Assembly (NCBI RefSeq): GCF_000737315.1
Contig: NZ_JMCB01000024.1
Location: 92,604 to 156,603 of the forward strand
Length of the DNA stretch: 64,000 nucleotides
Reading direction: 5' to 3'
From: Hyalangium minutum
GTDB taxonomy: Bacteria > Myxococcota > Myxococcia > Myxococcales > Myxococcaceae
Under the pieces are notes generated by a model that ran no database searches, had not been told where the DNA came from, and saw nothing but the letters and a program-made list of their open reading frames with translations. Both the position numbers and the translations under genes were made by a program. Shown in pieces: positions 10,201 to 18,066 of the stretch; the first letter of the stretch is position 1, and each line of letters starts with the position of its first letter.

Positions 10201-10351
10201 TGTCCGGGGTGACGGCGAGCGTCTGCGCGCCGGGCTTGACCATGCTCTGCTCCACCGAGGTGCAGGCGCCCACTCCCATTCCGATGCCCAGCGAGAGCAC
10301 GCCTGCGGCGGCGAGGACCCACCGCAGCTTGCCATGACGTTCTGTTTTCAT
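7262..10351 (-). CDS. Multiheme (5x CxxCH) cytochrome c lipoprotein with an internal beta-rich domain
   Basis: Lipobox GVGAC; CQSCH, CLRCH, CSSCH, CGSCH, CLTCH; C-terminal GHKFPSG motif. Confidence 0.85.
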   Translation of the reverse strand: MKTERHGKLRWVLAAAGVLSLGIGMGVGACTSVEQSMVKPGAQTLAVTPDNGYLSPPYPVFPHGNTLTLSLADSDPQVQQFVNFYSQVGNVTFPNLTRDSLAPLPNRYLDIAHNGLNVSSGDFNSSLVCQSCHDSDWKAQGTNLGNMAFWQQPSVSTSFQTQPPNSLVSNWSLFGDWSASIKALAARDPVFLAQVENTRGLSPNQPEQVDNLCLRCHSPLGQRQAEKNNLLFSHYMLYSTPSDSGYNNPFPKEKYAQPDYSVYGALGRDGVSCSSCHATSPEGGLPWDGKDYTVFYGSDTQSVYGSGVSDRLRDQGEKTQPPPFPFSASMNTRPGTVVGPDSGLNGAPMAAAGLSLETASTANAPDHNYLRDATVCGSCHVVVLPKVPDQYSNKLTIQQAAARGGYVKPASCPPTQKNFTGNFLTDPCVGLAYEQTTYFEWLNSSFATQTASCLTCHMQLASPVNNEPGDSNVAQVNSDLTKFYGSSTDLTPREYNRHTLLGVNLFVHEMFQQFPDVLGIEYYLKNNSAIPPYLQDPSILNRTGNLVANPGAEAGNANGWMAAGSQIQAVKSAPGSGSTVVQPNHGQYFFSIGGGQGGGDVTLSFDVSQYADTIDQGAGTVKVTWGGASYCLASGACQALVLSQDTGGSPARLASTTPGKWAPLEGSLALAPGTRKLTLTLLNGSLVDDLFLALELPVGSFSPLEDARRQYTLAQNLLNAEQSILDLATNTSQGEFNPRAPAVQVLVGTPTVSGSNLNATVTLRSNVGHKFPSGAGFRRAFIQFEVLDAAGNVLWASGQPNTWGAICQGVCQPDGKNVLPSEFTSDYRKLQPHYQKITDQTQAQIYEVRVLDDYNQLTSTELQQFTDVKDNRILPKGWVPPASRSANEQALGLNLQQLALLTEPKSTILGSNDTSVSSDPDYSAASAPGADSIVYQIPLSQVSGWQSVRARLNYQTIPPFYLNARFKEALKDSKGNPTTPGPAMSRLLYMTSRLNTQGGLQYTPVQQSKPIDFMNSWTLVLGEKTQQAP

Positions 10352-10381
10352 GTGTCGTTCCTGCTCAGTCGAGGAGAGGGT

Positions 10382-11515
10382 TCATCGCGCTGGAGTGAGG
10401 CTCTGTGCCAGCGCCTGCCCGCGGTGGGCCCAGAAGGGTGCCGCGGACCAGCGCTGCTCCAGCTGGTAGTAACGGTGGCGCGTCTGCAGGTGCGCCTGGA
10501 ACTGCCCCTGCAGGGTGTCTTCGTAGGTGCTCAGGGCTCCCGGCTCGCCCTGAAAGTGAAGGCGCAGCGCCTCCGCGGCCAGCAGGGCGGAGCGCAGGGC
10601 GTGAGAGATGCCCTGGGAGGACAGAGGATCCAGCGTGCACGCCGCGTCGCCGGCCGCGAGCCAGCCCTCGCCATGCATGCGCTCCAGCCGGGAGAGATTG
10701 GCCGGCAGGGCCAGCGCCTCGCCGGTGAAGTCGCAGGCCTCCAGCTTCCGCCGCGTCGCCGGAGCCCGCTCGAGCAAAGCCAGCCACGGCTCCGGGTTGC
10801 CCGGCTTCATCCCCCGGAGCGACTCGCCATCTCCCAGGAGGCCCGCCACCACGCGTCCCTGGGGCAAGAGCGCGGAGTACCACCAGCCCTCCTCACAGGC
10901 CTCCACGAGCGTGTGGGCGTCGAACGTCCGTCCGGGCTGGAGCTGGAAGAAGCCATACAGCGCGAAGGTCCGATCCACCGTCACGCGTCGCGCCCCTTGG
11001 GCCGTGGCGAAGACAGCAGATCGGCCCGTGGCATCCACGACGAACCGGGCTTGCAGCGCCAAGCGTCCGTCCGGCTCGGGCCGCTGCAGGAGGAGCCGGA
11101 AGCCGCCTGACTCCAGGCGCTCCCAGCCCGCGAGCTCCGTGGACAGATAGACGTCCACGCCATGCCGGGCTGCCTCCGTGGCCAGCATCTGGTCGAAGAG
11201 CCGCCGATCCAGGTGCCACCCCGGCCCCCAGGGGGAGTACAGGGAATCGTTGTACCCCAGCCCCGCGCTGCCCCAACTGGAGCACGTCCCGCTCGAGCGC
11301 AGGTGCCCCTGCTGCAGGAACGCCGCCCAGACGCCCAGCCTCGCCAGCAGCGTCCGGCTGTCTGGCGGGAGCGTCTCTCCGAGCCGAAGCTCCTGATAGG
11401 CCGAGCGCTCGATCAGCGCTACGGAGAGCCCTGTGTACCTGCGCAGCGCCAGGGCCATGGCCGAGCCCGCCGGGCCGCCTCCGAGGACGGCCACGTCATG
11501 ACACGTCGGGTCCAC
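10382..11515 (-). CDS. lodB: LodB/GoxB-like FAD-dependent oxidoreductase (CTQ biogenesis flavoprotein)
   Basis: DVAVLGGGPAG Rossmann motif, LGETLPP, VVDATGR, AAGDAACTLDPLSSQG; GTG start 2 nt after the lodA stop (ORF-track start at 11743 lies inside lodA). Confidence 0.85.
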   Translation of the reverse strand: MDPTCHDVAVLGGGPAGSAMALALRRYTGLSVALIERSAYQELRLGETLPPDSRTLLARLGVWAAFLQQGHLRSSGTCSSWGSAGLGYNDSLYSPWGPGWHLDRRLFDQMLATEAARHGVDVYLSTELAGWERLESGGFRLLLQRPEPDGRLALQARFVVDATGRSAVFATAQGARRVTVDRTFALYGFFQLQPGRTFDAHTLVEACEEGWWYSALLPQGRVVAGLLGDGESLRGMKPGNPEPWLALLERAPATRRKLEACDFTGEALALPANLSRLERMHGEGWLAAGDAACTLDPLSSQGISHALRSALLAAEALRLHFQGEPGALSTYEDTLQGQFQAHLQTRHRYYQLEQRWSAAPFWAHRGQALAQSLTPAR

Positions 11516-11517
11516 GA

Positions 11518-13440
11518 TCAGCTTCCCGAGTCCGTATGGGTCAGAGGCCGCCGCTGCACCTCCAGGAACCGAGGTGAACCGGTCCCGCTCTGCTGGATGA
11601 TGAAGCCCAGGTCCTTCCAGTTGTAGACCATCCCCTCGTCCTTGTTGAACTGGACGTCGGTGGGGCGGGTCCAGTACCCCTGCGCGACCTTGCCGTTCTC
11701 GTCGGTGTAAGAGACGTAATAGGGCCGCTGGGCGGGCCACCACCAGATCAGGCTGTGATCAATGGTCTGGTTGGAGCACTCGTTGAAGTCCGCCTGCCAG
11801 GGCAGCGCCATGTACTTGGTGAGGTCGCCCGGCTCGAGCCCGTTGCCCGCAGTGGGCTCGGTGTCCCACTGGAGGCCCGTCCCGGTGGGCGCGAGGGGCT
11901 TGATGCGGAACGGCTCGCTGTAGATCTTCAGGTTCCGGGACAGCCACGTCATCTCGATGCCCGGACAGAACGGCCCTCCGACACAGTTCTCCAGGGTGGC
12001 GCGATCCAGCTGCGCTCCCGGCCCCGAGGAGTCCGAGGGCGTGGACCTGTCGCACAAGCCCTGGTCGAACTGCCCCAGCAGGAAGTACTGGGTCGGGGTG
12101 AGGGTCATGTAGTTACTGGGCGGGGCGATGGAGTGACTGATGGGGTTATCGCCCGCGAGCTTGGGCATTAGCCCAGGCGACACGGTGTTCTCATCTCCAG
12201 GCGCCCGGAGGAACGTGAAGAACGAGGAGGCACTGCCATTGGGCAACACCAGCCCGTTGTGACCCGCGTTGCCCTGCGAGTTGACCGCGGCCACCCACTG
12301 ATAGACAGGTGGGCGGCTGAGGATGGGTTGGATCTCCGCCTGGAAGTTGGGCTTGTAATCCGGGTTCCATTTGTCCGAATAGGTGCCCGGATCGTAGATG
12401 TCCGTGTTGTAGCCCGCCCCCTGGACGAACGCGTTGTAGATCGTGTCGTACAGGGTGACCATGTTGAGGATCTGCGGGGCATACGCTGGCGGAGCTACCA
12501 GCACCCACGCGGGGGTCACCTCCACCTTCTCGCCCGTCTCCAGATACACCGTCGCCGAGATGGGACCGTCAGAGGTGTCATCCCACCAGAAGTTGTTGTT
12601 GGCGTAGGTGTCGATGCGCGGCTGAGGGTAGGCGTACTTCTGGATGGTAGCGTTGTACTGGTTGTAGTTGTCGGAGCCGAGGGCCTTCAAGAGGGCCGCC
12701 TCGAAGGCCTCCACGGTAGCGTAGGGCTGGTCCACCACTTGGGGCTGCAAGAGGTCGGCGATGGCCTGGGGTATCGCATTGTCGCTCACCATCGCCTTGA
12801 CCACGGCCGAAGTGACGTCATAGGCCGCCGAGCACCCGGAGTTGCCCAATCCTCCCCGCACATACAGGTAGCCGCTGTTGTCCGCGGAGATCTGCCCCAG
12901 GGTGGTGATGTCACTGCCCTCCGGGATCAAGCCCTTGGGAGGGAAGCTCTCGGGATATCCCATGGGGGCCTGCCCCTTGGCGAAGTCCGCTTGCTGAGGG
13001 GTCGAGTGGATGCCCCGGCAGGAGATGGTCCGAGGGCCGGAGTCAATGATGAAGGTGTTGCGATCCTTCCCCTCGCTCCTCGGGTTCCTCAGCGGCTGGT
13101 TCGAGTGGTTGCCGTCAGACCCGTAGGTCTGTGAAAACTCGTACCAAGAGGCCTTCTTGTTGGCCAGGTGCACCGTCCACTCGATGTCCTGGATGTTGCC
13201 CTGTCCCGGGCCCACGGGCCGCCCGTTCGGGCTCGTGGAGTCATAGGCATACACCTGGAAGCGAGCCGCCTGCCTCCGAAGCCCTCCCGCGTTGTCCCGG
13301 AACTGGGTGACAGGTGTCTTGCCATCCAGCTCGAGGGGCAGCCCTCCCGCGGTGACCGGCGCGATGTAGTACTCCTGGCTGTTCCCAACGCGTGCAATGC
13401 CAATCGCTGGATGGATCTTGTAGGTCGTGCTTGTGCTCAT
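11518..13440 (-). CDS. lodA: LodA/GoxA family CTQ-dependent amino acid oxidase
   Basis: YKIHPAIGIARVGNS start, W..HLANKKA, DDTSDGP, NCVGGPFCPGIEMTW, GDLTKYMALPWQADFNEC, WWPAQRP. Confidence 0.93.
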   Translation of the reverse strand: MSTSTTYKIHPAIGIARVGNSQEYYIAPVTAGGLPLELDGKTPVTQFRDNAGGLRRQAARFQVYAYDSTSPNGRPVGPGQGNIQDIEWTVHLANKKASWYEFSQTYGSDGNHSNQPLRNPRSEGKDRNTFIIDSGPRTISCRGIHSTPQQADFAKGQAPMGYPESFPPKGLIPEGSDITTLGQISADNSGYLYVRGGLGNSGCSAAYDVTSAVVKAMVSDNAIPQAIADLLQPQVVDQPYATVEAFEAALLKALGSDNYNQYNATIQKYAYPQPRIDTYANNNFWWDDTSDGPISATVYLETGEKVEVTPAWVLVAPPAYAPQILNMVTLYDTIYNAFVQGAGYNTDIYDPGTYSDKWNPDYKPNFQAEIQPILSRPPVYQWVAAVNSQGNAGHNGLVLPNGSASSFFTFLRAPGDENTVSPGLMPKLAGDNPISHSIAPPSNYMTLTPTQYFLLGQFDQGLCDRSTPSDSSGPGAQLDRATLENCVGGPFCPGIEMTWLSRNLKIYSEPFRIKPLAPTGTGLQWDTEPTAGNGLEPGDLTKYMALPWQADFNECSNQTIDHSLIWWWPAQRPYYVSYTDENGKVAQGYWTRPTDVQFNKDEGMVYNWKDLGFIIQQSGTGSPRFLEVQRRPLTHTDSGS

Positions 13441-13537
13441 ACGGTCCCCGTGGGGGCGTCACCGCGCCATGGGGACAAGGTAAATGAAAGGCTTTCAACA
13501 TGACAAGCACCGAAAGCCTCTCAGGGTCGATATTTTT

Positions 13538-13590
13538 CTGACATGTCAGTGATTATTGCTGACACGTCAATGGGACGGCTGACATGTCAG
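13538..13590. promoter_or_regulatory. Three phased palindromic sites upstream of lodA
   Basis: CTGACATGTCAG 13538-13549, CTGACACGTCAA 13559-13570, CTGACATGTCAG 13579-13590; spacing 21 and 20 bp. Confidence 0.7.
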
Positions 13591-13600
13591 CCCCGGCCAC

Positions 13601-14479
13601 TCAGAACGAGTGCGAGCCCTCGCCGGAGGAGTTGCCAAAACCCTCGATGATTCCCCGGTTCTGCGGCACCGTGCACGGGCAGACCTCATAGCGGCACGGG
13701 TTGGGCGCGTCCCAGAGTCGGAGCGTCCCGTCAAAGATGTTGCCCAAATGGCCATCCCCAAAGCGCTTCCCCGGGTAGCAGGAGAACGCATCTCCCTTGG
13801 GGTGGATGATGAAGTACTTGCTGCCCGCGTGGCATAAGCGCCCCTTGAGCTGGTAGCCGCGGTTTATCTGCGAGGGCGACACCATGTCCCCAAACGCCCG
13901 GTCGATGCGCCAGCGGTCCACCCAGCCGTACTTCGCGGGCTGTCCATTCACGCGCATCAGCTGCGGGTAGAACTTGATGCCCGCGCCCTCGAAGCGCTCG
14001 CGGCTCTCCGCCACTTCGGGGACATGGCCGGGGACCACCACGCTGTTCACCACGAAGGTGGCGCGAGGCCACTTGGCCAGCAACTCCTTCACCGCACGGG
14101 CCTTCTCGAAGAACTCGGCCTCCTCTACCTCCTCGCGGTGCAGCGAGCACGAGAAGGTCCGCAGCTGCTCTCCCGCCGCCTCGATAAAGGTGGAGATGAC
14201 CCGCAGCGGCGCGGACAGGTTGGTGAGCAGGGACACCTTGTGCCCCGCTGCCGCAAGCCGTTGCGCTACCTCGGGCAGCCGCTTGAGCATGAAGGGCTCG
14301 CCGCCAGAGATCTTGAACTCCCAGCTCCCGGGGAGCGCCGTGAGGGTGGCGAGCGCCGCCTCGAGCTGCTCGTCCGTGGGCCCGCCGATGCCGGGCATGT
14401 GCTTCTGGACGCAGTAGGTGCAGCGGTAGTTGCACCCACCGACGATGTTCCAGCTCACCGTGGGCCGAGGACCGCTCAT
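13601..14479 (-). CDS. Radical SAM protein with C-terminal SPASM/twitch-like Cys cluster
   Basis: CNYRCTYC; ISGGEPF; CHAG...SCYPG...GNI...CRYEVCPC; start MSGPRP overlaps the upstream stop by 4 nt. Confidence 0.88.
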   Translation of the reverse strand: MSGPRPTVSWNIVGGCNYRCTYCVQKHMPGIGGPTDEQLEAALATLTALPGSWEFKISGGEPFMLKRLPEVAQRLAAAGHKVSLLTNLSAPLRVISTFIEAAGEQLRTFSCSLHREEVEEAEFFEKARAVKELLAKWPRATFVVNSVVVPGHVPEVAESRERFEGAGIKFYPQLMRVNGQPAKYGWVDRWRIDRAFGDMVSPSQINRGYQLKGRLCHAGSKYFIIHPKGDAFSCYPGKRFGDGHLGNIFDGTLRLWDAPNPCRYEVCPCTVPQNRGIIEGFGNSSGEGSHSF

Positions 14480-15516
14480 GGCAGCTCCCCTGCCTCGAGC
14501 ATCTCGCGCAAGTCCCGGGCCGCCGCAAAGTTCATGTCGTGCTTCCCGCAGCGCGCGCAGCCTGGGTAGTACTCGCCCCGGTGGAGGCGCTGGCGCACGG
14601 CCTCGTACGCGGGAGCGCGCCACACCTCCTTGAAGGGACCGTCCTTCACGTGCCCGGCCTCGATGTGCTCGCAGCAGAAGAAGACGCGCCCATCCACGTA
14701 GACACGGCTGTAGAGGTAGCCCGCGAAGCACCCGGTCTCCTGCCCCGAGGGCCACTTCCCCGAGAGCTGCGCCTCATACGCGTCCAAGTTGTGCTTCACC
14801 TTTAGCGCCTTGGCGAGCTTGCGCGCCGCGGGGATGAGCTCTGCGAGGACCTGCTGCTTCTGCTCGGCGGTGAGCGCGTGGTGCTCGGTGCCCTTGGGCA
14901 CGTCGCCGACCTTGAAGGAGGAGCGTGCGCCCAGCTCGTGCGCCAGCCGCACCATCTCCGGGAGCTCCGTGTAGTTCACCCGGTTGATGACCTGCACGAG
15001 GTTCACCGCCGTGGTGTCCCCCACCTGCCGGACGCCCTCCTTGAGCCGGTGGAAGGTCTCCAGCGGCTGGTTGGGGTGATAGGCCACGTACGTCTCCGGC
15101 GACGCGGAGGCCATGTTCAGCAGGAGCTGGTCCACCGCCAGTGCCCGTACCCGCTCCCAGGCACAGAGCGTCCCGTTGGTAATGATGGTGAGCCGCAGGC
15201 CCCGGGCCTTCACCTTCTCGATGAAGCCGTAGATGTCCGGATGCGTGAAGGGCTCGCCGCCGCCGCTGATGACAATGCGCTCGGCGCCGGCCTCGGCGGA
15301 CTCATCCACCATGCGGTGGAAGGTGGCCGCGTCCATCCGCTGCCGCTTCCACGCCACGGGCTTGGGCACCGCCAGGTCCGGCGCGTAGTTCCAGCAGGTG
15401 ATGCAGTCCAGGTTGCACGCGTTGGTGACGTCCAGGTGGACCGTCTCTGGGCCCGTGCGGGGCTTGCGCTCCAGGTAGCCCTTGAGCCGCTCTCTCAGCG
15501 CGTCTTCGTTCTTCAT
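14476..15516 (-). CDS. Radical SAM/SPASM protein
   Basis: CNLDCITC; ISGGGEPF; CFAG...DGRVFFCC...CARC; start MKNEDAL overlaps the GT stop by 4 nt. Confidence 0.88.
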   Translation of the reverse strand: MKNEDALRERLKGYLERKPRTGPETVHLDVTNACNLDCITCWNYAPDLAVPKPVAWKRQRMDAATFHRMVDESAEAGAERIVISGGGEPFTHPDIYGFIEKVKARGLRLTIITNGTLCAWERVRALAVDQLLLNMASASPETYVAYHPNQPLETFHRLKEGVRQVGDTTAVNLVQVINRVNYTELPEMVRLAHELGARSSFKVGDVPKGTEHHALTAEQKQQVLAELIPAARKLAKALKVKHNLDAYEAQLSGKWPSGQETGCFAGYLYSRVYVDGRVFFCCEHIEAGHVKDGPFKEVWRAPAYEAVRQRLHRGEYYPGCARCGKHDMNFAAARDLREMLEAGELP

Positions 15517-16601
15517 GCGAGCAACTCCAGCAGCGCCCGGGCCGCGGGCTCCGCACCGTTGCACTCCACCCGCTTCCGGGCCGCCGCGCTCAACCGCTCG
15601 CGCGTGGCCGGGTTCATCAGCTCGCGAACCGCCCGGGTCAGCCCCTCGCGCGTCAGCGGAGCGCACACCAGCCCTGCGTCCGCAGCGGCCACCTCCCTGG
15701 CGCGCTTCTCCTGGTCATCCACCATCCGCTCGAAGGGCACGAAGACGGAGGGGACGCCCGCGTACAGCAGCTCGTGAACAGCGTTGTAGCCAGCCGCCGT
15801 CACCGCCGCATCGAAGGCTGGGAGGAAGTCGATGGCCGGGTAGCGGCCCTGCAACACCACCGCGCCCTCCAGCGCGGGAGGCTGTTCGCGCCACAAGGGC
15901 CCGGCGCCCACCACCAGCCGCACACCGGGCAGTTCTCGCGCCACCTGGGCCGTGAGCGTCAGCGCCCGCGCGCCCTCGGGATCTCCTCCGCCGCCAAATG
16001 AGGCGTAGAGCAGCGTGGCGTCCTGCGGCAGCCCGAGCGCCTGCCGGGCCTGCGCGCGCGAGGGCAGCTCCGAGCGCTCGCGGATGAGGATGGGTCCCAC
16101 CGCGCGGGCCTTGGCGAGCTCGGGCAGCGGCCCCACCACGGAGATGTCCTCGTGGGGGATGAGGATCCGATCGTAGAGGCGCAGCGAGGCCTGGAGCAGC
16201 TCCGAGCCCGCAGACTCCTCGCGCTGCTCTCGGAAGACAAAGACGTTCTTCTGGCGCCAGCGCAGGGCGGGGATGAGCTCCTCGAAGCTGCCCGTGGGAT
16301 AGGTATCCACCACGAGCACGTCCGGATCGAACGCGGCCAGCGTGTTCCACGTCACCGTCTGGACCAGCTTGAGGTAGCTGCCCTTGCGCAGACCGCAGCG
16401 CTCGCGAATTGTCTTCGAGGGCAGCTTCACCGCAGCGAAGCCCTCGCGGTAGATGACATGGTCCGCCTCGGACGAGGTGAGGAAGAGCACCTCGGCCTCG
16501 GGAGAGAGGCGCTTGAGCGCCCGAGCGATGGACAGCAGCCGGGTGACATGGCCCAGGCCCAGACCGTTGACGGCATAGAAGAGGAAGCGAGGCGCGCCCA
16601 T
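15513..16601 (-). CDS. GT-B glycosyltransferase (GT28/MurG/PseG-like)
   Basis: NGLGLGHVTR, SFGGGGD, AAGYNAVHE, VPFERMVDDQ..RA. Confidence 0.85.
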   Translation of the reverse strand: MGAPRFLFYAVNGLGLGHVTRLLSIARALKRLSPEAEVLFLTSSEADHVIYREGFAAVKLPSKTIRERCGLRKGSYLKLVQTVTWNTLAAFDPDVLVVDTYPTGSFEELIPALRWRQKNVFVFREQREESAGSELLQASLRLYDRILIPHEDISVVGPLPELAKARAVGPILIRERSELPSRAQARQALGLPQDATLLYASFGGGGDPEGARALTLTAQVARELPGVRLVVGAGPLWREQPPALEGAVVLQGRYPAIDFLPAFDAAVTAAGYNAVHELLYAGVPSVFVPFERMVDDQEKRAREVAAADAGLVCAPLTREGLTRAVRELMNPATRERLSAAARKRVECNGAEPAARALLELLA

Positions 16602-17992
16602 CAGGAGTGATCCCTCCAGTCGCGCTCCTCACGCTGCTCACTGGCCTTGCGCGCCGCGGCCTGAGTCGCAGCTTGCGCCGCGGCCTGGGCCGCCGCCGCT
16701 TCCTGTGCGCTGTCGAGGTCCAGCAGCTTGCTCACCCCGTACGCCGCCAGCCCACCGATGGCGGCTCCGCCCGCGGCGATCGCCGCCACCTCGGCCAGGG
16801 AGCGCTGCGGAGCGAAGTCCCAAGCCGGGACATTCCGAGTGCCCGGATACGCATTGTGGCGATGGGTATACGGATCGAACCCACCCAGCTCGCTCCAGTG
16901 GACCATCCGTCCATTGCCCTCGACGCGCACCTTGACTGGGGGCGGCTGGCCCGCGGCGGCCATGTTCGCGCACGGCGGGCACGCCAGCACGGAGGTAACG
17001 GTCTCGCCTCGCTTGAGCGGCACCTGCATCCGGAAGGAGGCATTCGCCAGGGGGCGAGCACAGAAGTAGCAGCCCACGCGCTCGCCCTCGGGGGCAAAGG
17101 CCCTGTCTCCAAAGAGCGTCCGGGCCCGCTCCTCCGCGGCCTTCGCGCCCTCTTCGGCCGCGCGGATGGGGACCTCCGCCGCCTCGGGGGTCACCTTTCC
17201 CACGCGGGCCTTCGCGAGCTCATCACGCGCTCGCTGCTCCGCCATCGTGGCCTGGTTGAGCAGCGCGCGCAGGTCGGCGTCCTCCTCCAGGCGCAGGGCA
17301 TGCTCCACCGAGGTCAACGCGCTCGCCACCTGTTCCATCCGCTGATCCAGGGGCGACACGTCCACACTGCGCATCGGTGTCTTGGCAGACGTCTTCCCGG
17401 GGGCACGGCGCTGTGGGGGAGCGTCCTCACCCCGAGCCTTCGCCCTCCGGATGAGGAAGCGAATCAAGAAGATGAGGCCACCGACGAACAGGAGCGGGCC
17501 GGCGAAGCAGATGACTCCGGCGATGACGGTGGCCGCCGTGTCGTTCGGCTCAGACTCAGGAGAGGCCGGGCTTGGCGCTGAGGTGCTCCCGTCCGTCGCT
17601 GCCGGAGAGGGATCGGACTGGGAGAACCCCATCTCGCGCAGTTTGTCGTCGATCTCCGCCTTCTTGTACTCCGGGTCCAGCGTCAGCGACTGGAGCAGGG
17701 CCTCGCGTGCCTCGGGGAAGCGGTTCAGCTTCCGCAGGGTGAGCCCACGGTTGTACTGCCACCGGGCCTTGCCGGGCTCCAGGGCAGCGGCCTGGTCGAA
17801 CTTCTCCAGGGCGCCCGCATAGTCCTTCGCGTCGTAGAGGCGCTTGCCCTGCTCGTACACCGCGAGCGCCTGCGTGCTGCGCTCCGAGTCCGTTGCGACC
17901 GAGCCCTCACCCCCCGCTGGCGCCTGGGCCAGCACCACGGGCCCCAGCAACACCCCCAACCCGAGCACCAGTACAGGAACATTCCATCGCAT
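16601..17992 (-). CDS. Membrane-anchored TPR protein with cytoplasmic CxxC...CxxC and Ala-rich tail
   Basis: Signal peptide; TPR motifs (ALEKFDQA, YNRGLTL.KL.RF.EA); TM segment IAGVICFAGPLLFVGGLIFLI; CYFC...CPPC; stop overlaps the GT start. Confidence 0.75.
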   Translation of the reverse strand: MRWNVPVLVLGLGVLLGPVVLAQAPAGGEGSVATDSERSTQALAVYEQGKRLYDAKDYAGALEKFDQAAALEPGKARWQYNRGLTLRKLNRFPEAREALLQSLTLDPEYKKAEIDDKLREMGFSQSDPSPAATDGSTSAPSPASPESEPNDTAATVIAGVICFAGPLLFVGGLIFLIRFLIRRAKARGEDAPPQRRAPGKTSAKTPMRSVDVSPLDQRMEQVASALTSVEHALRLEEDADLRALLNQATMAEQRARDELAKARVGKVTPEAAEVPIRAAEEGAKAAEERARTLFGDRAFAPEGERVGCYFCARPLANASFRMQVPLKRGETVTSVLACPPCANMAAAGQPPPVKVRVEGNGRMVHWSELGGFDPYTHRHNAYPGTRNVPAWDFAPQRSLAEVAAIAAGGAAIGGLAAYGVSKLLDLDSAQEAAAAQAAAQAATQAAARKASEQREERDWRDHS

Positions 17993-18066
17993 CACGTACC
18001 CACTCCTCCGTCGCACGCTCCCGAGTTAACGCCAGGAGCCGAGGGAGGAGCAATGCACGTCTCTGC

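Noticed and set aside
13441-13537. Sigma-54 promoter for lodA
   Set aside because: The best candidate, TGGCGCGGTGACGC, has GG-N9-GC spacing, not N10; a sigma-70-like TTGTCA-N18-TACCTT fits at least as well.
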